Shown one piece after another: positions 15,859-23,807 of a stretch of 64,000 nucleotides of DNA; the stretch's first letter is position 1; the number at the start of each line of letters is the position of its first letter. Where the stretch lies: contig JAHYJO010000003.1 of the NCBI GenBank assembly GCA_019429125.1, forward strand, positions 208-64,207, written 5' to 3'. Both the position numbers and the translations under genes were made by a program. The notes beneath the pieces were generated by a model. The model was not told the origin of the DNA and searched no databases. It was given only the letters and a program-made list of their open reading frames with translations. This stretch comes from Nanobdellati archaeon (GTDB lineage Archaea; EX4484-52; GLR71).

Positions 15859-18810
15859 TCATTTTTTCTTGTTTCCAGAAATAGCATTATGTATTTTATC
15901 AAGGATGTCTGATATTTTAGACATACCTACTTGTGACCCACCCAATTTATCATAGGACTCATCATCAGGTACAAGACTTGTAGCAAGTATAACTGCAATC
16001 ACAAGAAGGATTACTACACCAATAACAATACCTACAGGAAATCCACCTGAACTGTTAGGTTTTTTGTTCTGTTTAAGCAAGGCATCACAGACAGCTGTCG
16101 CACCACAATCAGTTGGACATGTTTCACATTCACCTATTGCAATACTGCATATTGAATCCCCACATATTTCTTCTTCTTTTTCAACTTGTTCGATAATGCA
16201 ACGTTCTTCATTTTTGCAATCAGAACCCGAACATGACTCTGTTGCATCACAGACACCATCGCCAGATTTAGGCTTTATTAGGAGTGAATACGCAGTCTCC
16301 ATATCTTCAAGTTCGTCATCAATATCAGAAAGCATATCTTCAAGCTGAGTTATATTTTCTTGTATCATCTCGGAATTTTCAGGATTTACATATTTAGACA
16401 ATATATATGATCGCAAATATGTTGCGTTAAGTATCATGGCGTCGACAGTCGAAAAATTAATATCTACATTTTTTTTAGTATAATTTAATTCAAGAGAATT
16501 CCTCAAGTTTCCGATAATTGCAAGCCTGTCAGACAATACAGAAATTTCACCGGCCATGCCACCAATGACATGTATCGTTATGTTGTATCCCTGATCAGGC
16601 AGATTGGGTGCACTGACCCAGAGCTCTCCCTTGTAATCCCCTTCAGTATCAAAATCAAATTTTAACACGACATTTGTAGTATCGTTAATGTCTAGTTCAC
16701 TTGCAGGTTGAACAGCAGTTATATTATACATTATGTCATCACCTAAGAAAAAGATACTAGGTATATCCATATCACGATCACCTACATTTTTGAGTGTCAC
16801 AACTTCCTGAGTCGTGATATCTGCAAACATTGTAATCTCAAAACTGAGATTATCAAAATACCTGTTTGAGACTAAAGCTTTTGGATTAAGATTAACATCA
16901 AAGACTATAGGTACTTCAATAGTATTATCATTAATCTCTATATGTATAACCCTTTCGTATTTACCGTTTTCAAGACCCTCAGGTGTTATGATAATAAGTA
17001 TTTCAGTTGATTCGCTTGCATTAATATCAACATCAGTTTTAGATATGTTTATATCAATATAATTGGTCTCGTTCTCTTCATGTGCAGTAAGCCCATACAA
17101 TTTCTGTTCTTTTATATTTTTAACAGTTATGTTGAGACTATGATTACCACTTGAATTGATAGTGAACCGTTCAGGGACATTGACTTCAATAAACTGGTTT
17201 GAATAGATGCCACCTATAGAAAACCTGTATTCACCATAATAATTATGTCCATATAAATCAATAGAACTTACTTTAATTGTATAATATCCCATTGAAGTAG
17301 TATTAAATGTTTGATAATATGCCTTTTGTTTATATTCGCTTGTATTCACAGTGGCAAGCGCTGTATTATGTCCTGATGGCGTTGATAATGTAAATACTGC
17401 ACTTGATGACACAACAACTGGTGGTTCACCTCGCCTGTCTTCTACCCACGCAGAAAAAGTGATGTTATCACCTGCCTCCCAGAATGGGTCGGTGCTTATC
17501 TTGAGATAGAAACCATCAACCCGTATATTTTTTAAATACACTTTATTATCACCAGTTGAATGATAAACTGTTGTTGTAAGTGTGTAATTGCCGGGCGAAT
17601 CACCAGGTATATTATATACATAATATCTGTCAGTCATATTAAGTGGCAAGTCAAAAGTATTGATAGAACCATTATCATAGTCAATTTTCATTGTAGTATT
17701 TATAAATAGGATTTCACCATAGTAATTGTCATAGCTTATGTTTATAGGTATCTGATCCTTGAGGAAATAACTAAAATTAGTATCAAAACTGTTATTTATG
17801 GTCTGATTCAAAAGATAAGGAGCAGTCTTGAAATAATAGAATGCACCACCATATCCTTCGCCTGACGAATATGCGTTGAATTCAACAAAACCATAAGGCG
17901 CACCCCTCACAAATGTATAGTCTGCAACATATGCAGCATCAGCAACACTATAGGTCATGTCCTGTTTGACTAAAATTTCACCAGTATAATTTCTGACAGC
18001 AAAATTGACATTTCCATTAAGTACATTATCTTCGTTATCAAGTAGATTTAATTTAAATGTAATCCGTTCAGACACATTTCCGTTTATATATCGACCTGCA
18101 GAAGCAGTAAGTAGATTTATGTTAACATCTCCTAACTTAAGTGAATCATTATCATACCATCTACTGACTTCAATTTTATTCTTATCATCACAAGAGCCGT
18201 TTATGTAATTTGATGTGTATGTTGCTGTGACAATCTTGTCTGAATCGCAGGAGATATTGATATAGGTAGTTGATTGCGCTTCAATAATTTTTTCAACAGT
18301 AAAATGTGCATTAGTTCCGGAATCAATAACAAGGCTATTACCTAATGAATACCATGCAATATTACCATCTATAGAAAGGCGTACCATACTATTAACTGAT
18401 GAAAATTCAAGAAATGTGATTGGGTGGCTAATGTAATCGATATAGCAGTAACCGGTATTGTATAATGTAATCTCAACACTGTCTTCAGGATAATCAGTAT
18501 TATAGTTTTCAGTCTCAAGTTCTGTACATAATATATCTTTAGTCGCATCAAATTCTGATTCATATTTTGTAAGATACCCTTCAGAACTTCCATACTTATA
18601 AGATATAGTATCACTGCCTACCATACACTCTATATTTAAAGGTATCTCGTTACACAAGTAAAATGTTTCTCCGCGCGTAATCTGGTCAGGTATTGTGAAC
18701 GTACCAGTTCCTGCAGATACAGGAGATATTATTATGTTTAAGGCTACAGAGAGAAATATGGCAAATATCAATATTGATCTAAATTGTGCAATATGTTTAT
18801 AGCTCATCAA
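15859..18810 (-). CDS. Large secreted, membrane-anchored surface protein (S-layer-like) with a Cys-rich stalk
   Basis: N-terminal signal-like segment, many N-x-S/T sequons, a Cys-rich block (GDGVCDATESCSGSDCKNEERC...CGDSICS..CETCPTDCG), then a TM helix and a ~45-aa tail. Confidence 0.8.
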   Translation of the reverse strand: MMSYKHIAQFRSILIFAIFLSVALNIIISPVSAGTGTFTIPDQITRGETFYLCNEIPLNIECMVGSDTISYKYGSSEGYLTKYESEFDATKDILCTELETENYNTDYPEDSVEITLYNTGYCYIDYISHPITFLEFSSVNSMVRLSIDGNIAWYSLGNSLVIDSGTNAHFTVEKIIEAQSTTYINISCDSDKIVTATYTSNYINGSCDDKNKIEVSRWYDNDSLKLGDVNINLLTASAGRYINGNVSERITFKLNLLDNEDNVLNGNVNFAVRNYTGEILVKQDMTYSVADAAYVADYTFVRGAPYGFVEFNAYSSGEGYGGAFYYFKTAPYLLNQTINNSFDTNFSYFLKDQIPINISYDNYYGEILFINTTMKIDYDNGSINTFDLPLNMTDRYYVYNIPGDSPGNYTLTTTVYHSTGDNKVYLKNIRVDGFYLKISTDPFWEAGDNITFSAWVEDRRGEPPVVVSSSAVFTLSTPSGHNTALATVNTSEYKQKAYYQTFNTTSMGYYTIKVSSIDLYGHNYYGEYRFSIGGIYSNQFIEVNVPERFTINSSGNHSLNITVKNIKEQKLYGLTAHEENETNYIDINISKTDVDINASESTEILIIITPEGLENGKYERVIHIEINDNTIEVPIVFDVNLNPKALVSNRYFDNLSFEITMFADITTQEVVTLKNVGDRDMDIPSIFFLGDDIMYNITAVQPASELDINDTTNVVLKFDFDTEGDYKGELWVSAPNLPDQGYNITIHVIGGMAGEISVLSDRLAIIGNLRNSLELNYTKKNVDINFSTVDAMILNATYLRSYILSKYVNPENSEMIQENITQLEDMLSDIDDELEDMETAYSLLIKPKSGDGVCDATESCSGSDCKNEERCIIEQVEKEEEICGDSICSIAIGECETCPTDCGATAVCDALLKQNKKPNSSGGFPVGIVIGVVILLVIAVILATSLVPDDESYDKLGGSQVGMSKISDILDKIHNAISGNKKK

Positions 18811-19010
18811 TATCTATTTTATTTGAGCTCTGTATATATAGGTTATAGGATTACAGTAAGAAGTGTGTTTTTATTTATTCAGATAAGACAGTAACCTTTA
18901 TAAAAGTTTAGAAATTATAGTTACTTAATTGATTAGGATTTCTATTTAGTTAGACCAGTCAAGACCCGATGAATTGAAAGATTCAAGAAAATTATGAAGG
19001 TTGATGAGAT

Positions 19011-19376
19011 ATGGCAAATTACGTAACATTTGAAACACCAAAAGACCTTGCAGAAAAGGTTTACAACGCTATTGAAGCTGTTGTTCGTTCCGGTTCCATA
19101 AGGAAAGGTACAAACGAAGTGACAAAAGCTATTGAAAGAGGTACTGCAAAACTTGTAGTCATTGCAGCAGACATAACTCCTGAAGAGATTGTTATGCATC
19201 TGCCTATACTATGTAAAGAGAAAGCTGTTCCTTTCGTATTCGTACCAACAAAGCAGGAACTTGGTGCTGCATGCGGAATATCAGTATCTACTGCAACTGT
19301 TGCTATTGATAATCTGGGCAAGGCAGGAAAACAGATTGAAGACATAGTGGTATCACTAAAGGGTCTTCAGAAATAG
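19011..19376 (+). CDS. rpl7ae: Ribosomal protein L7Ae (eL8)
   Basis: IRKGTNEVTKAIERGTAKLVVIAADI...LPILCKEKAVPFVFV. Confidence 0.95.
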   Translation: MANYVTFETPKDLAEKVYNAIEAVVRSGSIRKGTNEVTKAIERGTAKLVVIAADITPEEIVMHLPILCKEKAVPFVFVPTKQELGAACGISVSTATVAIDNLGKAGKQIEDIVVSLKGLQK

Positions 19377-19380
19377 GTGA

Positions 19381-19581
19381 ATGATTATGGCTGTAGGTGC
19401 CAAAGTTGTAAGGATTATGGGTCGACAGGGCACAAAAGGTATATGCCGTGTTAGATGCCAGGTCACAGACGACGCAGGCCGGAACAAAGTAATCATACGA
19501 AATGTTTTAGGACCTGTAAGAATCGGCGACATTCTCATGATAAGTGAAAGTGAGATGGAATCCGCAAGTGTGATTGAATAG
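19381..19581 (+). CDS. rps28e: Ribosomal protein S28e
   Basis: GRQGTKGICRVRCQV...IIRNVLGPVRIGDILMISESE. Confidence 0.92.
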   Translation: MIMAVGAKVVRIMGRQGTKGICRVRCQVTDDAGRNKVIIRNVLGPVRIGDILMISESEMESASVIE

Positions 19582-19599
19582 ATGTGGTTGTGATATAAT

Positions 19600-19779
19600 A
19601 TGGAATGTACTTACTGTGGAAAAACTATTGAAGAAGGAACAGGAACAATTGTTGTACAGAAAGACGGAAGAGTTCACAGATACTGCACTTCAAAATGTGA
19701 AAGAAACAAAAAACTGCGACCTGCACGTAAAGTTCTCTGGACAGAGACTTACAGAACTCAAGTCAAAGGAAAACAATAA
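19600..19779 (+). CDS. rpl24e: Ribosomal protein L24e (59 aa; absent from the supplied ORF track)
   Basis: Hand translation gives MECTYCGKTIEEGTGTIVVQKDGRVHRYCTSKCERNKKLRPARKVLWTETYRTQVKGKQ*. The track ORF 19574..19825 is the wrong frame. Confidence 0.9.
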   Translation: MECTYCGKTIEEGTGTIVVQKDGRVHRYCTSKCERNKKLRPARKVLWTETYRTQVKGKQ

Positions 19780-19793
19780 GGGATTTTCCCTCC

Positions 19794-19806
19794 TTTTTTA
19801 TTTTTT
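19794..19806 (+). terminator. Oligo-T tract after rpl24e
   Basis: ttttttatttttt begins 15 nt after the stop codon. Confidence 0.35.
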
Positions 19807-19867
19807 AATTCAATTTATTTTTTAAAAACTTATATTCAATTAAAATCCAATATATGGTTGTGTTACT

Positions 19868-20443
19868 ATGCTAGAAAGAACTTTTGTTATGGTTAAGCCC
19901 GATGGAGTCCAGAGAGGACTTGTCGGTGATATAATTTCTCGTTTCGAGAAAGTCGGCCTAAAGATGGTCGGGATGAAATTGATGCATGCTACAGAAAAGC
20001 AGGCAAACGACCACTATGTCTTGACTTCTGAATGGGTTGAGAAAGTAGGCAATAATACACGAGACTCTTTAACAAAAAAAGGTATTGAATGTAAAGAAAC
20101 TAACGAAGAGATAGCAAAAGGTATCCATGATGGCCTTAAGAGTTACCTTCGTGAAAATCCCGTTGTAGCCATAGTCTTTGAAGGTTACCATGCAATTGAC
20201 ATCGGTCGAAAGATAGTAGGTCCAACAGAATCAAGGACTGCTCCAGTAGGTACTATCCGTGGTGATTACTCACTTGATTCTTATGATTTGTCTACAAGCC
20301 TTAAACGCGCAGTACGAAATGTGATTCATGCATCTGGCGATAAGGCTGATGCAGAGAAAGAGATTGCCCTATGGTTTGGTGGTGAAGACATTTACGATTA
20401 TGAAAAACACGATTGGGATGTCATGATCAAACACAAGAAATAG
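19868..20443 (+). CDS. ndk: Nucleoside diphosphate kinase (long form with an internal insertion)
   Basis: MLERTFVMVKPDGVQRGLVGDIISRFEKVGLKMVGMK...GTIRGDY...RNVIHASG...EIALWF. Confidence 0.92.
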   Translation: MLERTFVMVKPDGVQRGLVGDIISRFEKVGLKMVGMKLMHATEKQANDHYVLTSEWVEKVGNNTRDSLTKKGIECKETNEEIAKGIHDGLKSYLRENPVVAIVFEGYHAIDIGRKIVGPTESRTAPVGTIRGDYSLDSYDLSTSLKRAVRNVIHASGDKADAEKEIALWFGGEDIYDYEKHDWDVMIKHKK

Positions 20444-20453
20444 ATAAATTGTC

Positions 20454-20481
20454 TTTTTTCTTTTTTATTCTCTTATTTTTT
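20454..20481 (+). terminator. Oligo-T tracts after ndk
   Basis: ttttttcttttttattctcttatttttt. Confidence 0.35.
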
Positions 20482-20536
20482 AAAAATTTTAAATCCCATT
20501 CATAACAAGATAAATATATTCAGAATACGATTATTT

Positions 20537-20795
20537 GTATTTGTTTAGCTAATTTTTGTCTTGCTTAATTTTGATTTTTTAAGAGATAACTACTATTTTT
20601 TGAAATAATTATATTTATACTTTTTTAAGTTGGGTGCAAGCTATCGATTTTATAAGAATACGATTAAATAATTTTTAAGATTTTTTAACAACACATTTTT
20701 AAGCGTTAGCTATTGATTTTGTAACAATTATAACTTATTGAGAATCACACCATAACGGCCGGAGCATATCAATTATTTTATTGCTAAACAAGTAC
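20537..20795 (+). mobile_element. MITE-B copy 1
   Basis: TIRs gtatttgtttagc / gctaaacaagtac. A perfect 8-bp duplication GATTATTT flanks it at 20529-36 and 20796-803. Confidence 0.9.
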
Positions 20796-20801
20796 GATTA
20801 T

Positions 20802-21035
20802 TTAAATAATACCTTTTTGTTTTTTCATTTTCTTTATATACTTATATACAGTAAGTATATTTACATTGTATTCTGCAGCAATCTCTCTCGCAGGCATACC
20901 TTTTTCAGTCTTGGTCCACCAATCCTCAATAATATTTTTCCATTCATCTTTATGAGAAATGCTAAGGTGCTGATTATATACTCGTAGTTTTTCAAACGTC
21001 TTATTACAAAATTGGCAGTTTATCATAAAATACAA
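20802..21035 (-). CDS. Small C2H2 zinc-finger + HTH protein
   Basis: CQFCNKTFEKLRVYNQHLSISH, then MPAREIAAEYNVNILTVYKYIKK. The stop codon overlaps the MITE-B target duplication. Confidence 0.6.
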   Translation of the reverse strand: MYFMINCQFCNKTFEKLRVYNQHLSISHKDEWKNIIEDWWTKTEKGMPAREIAAEYNVNILTVYKYIKKMKKQKGII

Positions 21036-21429
21036 TATAAACTATAATCATTATATATCTTTGGTATTTTAAAAACAAAAATAGGGCCTTATAAAGCTTA
21101 TCACACTATTATATATTTATTAGTAACAATCAATATTTATATACAACAGAATATATTTTCTAGAGGTTCTATATATTCTATATATAGATGTTTTTGTTTC
21201 ATGAAGTGCTGTAATGCTCACAAATTTAGAGGAACCATTGATGATATCCATTCAGATGCAGGAATTGGGGAGATTGTTAACAGATATATAGGCAAATAAA
21301 GACAAACTATAGTCCTTGAAATAAGTCTAATTAATCCCTAAATCTGTGACCCAACAAACTATTCACACAACAATAACACATTTAAAGACTGGAAGCAAAA
21401 CAATATCATGATTTTATCAGGTGATCTTT

Positions 21430-23202
21430 ATGAAACATATACGCCAGCCAATCATTTCTGTCCTTGCGCACGTGGATCACGGAAAGACATCACTTCTTGA
21501 TTACATACGAGGCTCTGCAGTCGCAGCAAAGGAAGCAGGTGGCATAACACAACATATTGGTGCAACAGAGATTCCTATTTCACAGATTAATAAATTGTGC
21601 AAAACTCAGATGAGCAAGCTGAACCTCAACCTTAAGTTTCCAGGACTTCTCTTCATTGACACACCAGGCCATGCCGCATTTTCGCTTTTACGAAAAAGAG
21701 GAGGGACATTGGCAGACATTGCAATCCTTGTGGTCGACATAACAGAAGGTTTCAAGCCACAGACAGAGGAAGCTATCACAATACTGAAACAGTACAAGAC
21801 ACCCTTCATTGTGGCTGCAAACAAGATAGACAAGCTTTCCGGCTGGAAAGTAAACAAGAATTCATGTTTTCAAGATACCTACGACCAACAGAGACCCGAT
21901 GTAAAAGAAGCCATAGATATGGGCATCTACAAATTGATTGGCCAGTTCTATGAAAAAGGTTTCTCTGCAGATCTATTTAACAGGGTTGAGGATTTCACAC
22001 AGCAGATCTCAATAATACCAATCTCTGCAATAAGTGGCGAAGGCGTATCAGACCTCTTGACAATACTTTCAGGTGTTACTCAAAAGTATCTAGAAAAAAA
22101 ACTAGAGATTGACCCCAAAGGTGAAGGCAAGGGCACAATCCTTGAAGTGAAAGAAGTCAAAGGTCTGGGTACGACAATTGATGTCATACTTTATGATGGT
22201 ATCATACGAACAGGTGATACTCTAGTCATAGGTGACTCTTCAGGTGCAAGAGTCACAAAAGTAAAAGCATTATTAAAAACAAACCCTATGAAAGAGATAC
22301 GCATAGAAAAGCAATTCAAGTCATATTCAGAAGTTATTGCAGCAGCCGGTTTGAAAATATCTGCATCAGACTTGGAAGGTATAATTGCAGGAGTACCAAT
22401 AAGAGCAGTCCATGATATATCCACATTAGATACTATAAAGATTGATGTAAACAAAGAAATTGAAAGCATAGAGATAGAGACAGATAATGAAGGAGTTATA
22501 ATTAAGGCAGATGCAATAGGCAGTCTTGAGGCGATGGTCAAAGTCTTAAGCGATTTACATGTCCCTATAAAGAAAGCAAAGATAGGTCCAATATTACGAA
22601 AAGAGATAATGGAACTGAAAGCCGTGGATGAGAGGTACAGGATAGTATTTGCCTTCAATGTAGATATTATGCCAGAAGCTGAAAAAGAGGCAAAAGACAA
22701 CAATACAAAAATCTTTAAAAGTGATGTTATATACCGTCTTCTTGATGATTATGATGAATACCAGAAACACATTGAAGAACAGAAAAAACTGGAAGTATTA
22801 AAAGGAATCATACGCCCTGGATATATAAGGCAAGTTCCAGGATACATTTTCCGGCAATCAAAACCCGCAATTGCAGGATTTGATATTGTAGCAGGGATAT
22901 TGACTGAAAACGTTGCGCTCATGAAACGTGACGGCACAATTATAGGCAGGGTAAACCAGATTAAGGAAAACGGTAAAAATGTCAAGGAATGCCGTATAGG
23001 TTCAAGAGTTACAGTATCAATTGACAACGCAACAGTCGGACGAAGTTTTAAGGAAGGCGATGAACTTTTCACAGTGATTACAAAAAAAGATAACAGAACA
23101 CTTAAAAAAAATCTAGATCTTATTTCAGATAATGAGAAGAACGCTCATGAGATAATAAGAGATATAATGACTAAAAAAGACAGGCTTTGGGACATAGGTT
23201 AA
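21430..23202 (+). CDS. infB: Translation initiation factor aIF5B (IF-2 family GTPase)
   Basis: RQPIISVLAHVDHGKTSLLD, FIDTPGHAAF, AANKIDK. Full length of ~590 aa. ATG at 21430. Confidence 0.95.
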   Translation: MKHIRQPIISVLAHVDHGKTSLLDYIRGSAVAAKEAGGITQHIGATEIPISQINKLCKTQMSKLNLNLKFPGLLFIDTPGHAAFSLLRKRGGTLADIAILVVDITEGFKPQTEEAITILKQYKTPFIVAANKIDKLSGWKVNKNSCFQDTYDQQRPDVKEAIDMGIYKLIGQFYEKGFSADLFNRVEDFTQQISIIPISAISGEGVSDLLTILSGVTQKYLEKKLEIDPKGEGKGTILEVKEVKGLGTTIDVILYDGIIRTGDTLVIGDSSGARVTKVKALLKTNPMKEIRIEKQFKSYSEVIAAAGLKISASDLEGIIAGVPIRAVHDISTLDTIKIDVNKEIESIEIETDNEGVIIKADAIGSLEAMVKVLSDLHVPIKKAKIGPILRKEIMELKAVDERYRIVFAFNVDIMPEAEKEAKDNNTKIFKSDVIYRLLDDYDEYQKHIEEQKKLEVLKGIIRPGYIRQVPGYIFRQSKPAIAGFDIVAGILTENVALMKRDGTIIGRVNQIKENGKNVKECRIGSRVTVSIDNATVGRSFKEGDELFTVITKKDNRTLKKNLDLISDNEKNAHEIIRDIMTKKDRLWDIG

Positions 23203-23276
23203 TGTTAAAACAAAGCAGATAATTATATATAATGAGTTTGCACCAATAAAATTATATAGTATTAAGAGGTTTTAAT

Positions 23277-23552
23277 ATGGACAACAACGAAAAGATAGGA
23301 TTTCATAAAGGCGCACTAGACTGTCTTTTGAAAGAACGGTCAGAATTTTCAAGAATACTTTCAATTGTTGACGCGCTCATTCAGATGCACACAAAAGCAT
23401 TATTAGATTCAGGTGTTGATATCAAGGCAGAGCTCGAGAAAGCTCAAGCAGCAGCACAGAATACTGCACAAGGTAATCAAAATCAAGCAAAAGATGAAGA
23501 AAACTTTGTAAATATAGATTCCGCAATCAAAGAATCAAAGAACAATTTTTAA
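23277..23552 (+). CDS. Small hypothetical helical protein
   Basis: ORF only, with a Q/A/N-rich C-terminal part. Confidence 0.4.
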   Translation: MDNNEKIGFHKGALDCLLKERSEFSRILSIVDALIQMHTKALLDSGVDIKAELEKAQAAAQNTAQGNQNQAKDEENFVNIDSAIKESKNNF

Positions 23553-23595
23553 ATTTTTATTTTTATAACTTTTATTAAATTCTCAATATATTTTA

Positions 23596-23762
23596 GGCAC
23601 TGTCCCAAAAGTGAGTAATTTTGAATATTTTTAAATATTGTTTGTTTATAAACTCCTGCAGAGATTCATTTAATATATACATTTCACGTCGAATTACAAA
23701 AGAAATAAAGGTATTTAATTAACTACATTTTGTTTGAAATCACTCCAAAAATGAACAGTGCC
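23596..23762 (+). mobile_element. MITE-A copy
   Basis: TIRs as in the other copies. A perfect 8-bp duplication ATATTTTA flanks it at 23588-95 and 23763-70. Confidence 0.9.
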
Positions 23763-23807
23763 ATATTTTAGTTAACTATATATGTAACCTTACTACATAT
23801 TTTAATT

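Noticed and set aside
19574-19825. 83-aa track ORF downstream of rps28e.
   Set aside because: It is out of frame with the clear 59-aa L24e gene at 19600..19779 and runs through the oligo-T terminator region.
20802-21035. C2H2-HTH gene as the transposase or DNA-binding partner of the adjacent MITE-B.
   Set aside because: The gene lies entirely outside the element, whose TIR ends at 20795, and only its stop overlaps the target duplication. It has no catalytic domain. The adjacency is probably incidental.
20444-21420. The long spacers around 20.4-21.4 kb and 38.0-38.6 kb as hiding rRNA or large ncRNA genes.
   Set aside because: They are explained by MITE-B copies, repeat D and AT-rich promoter regions. 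No GC-rich structured segment or rRNA-like sequence is present.
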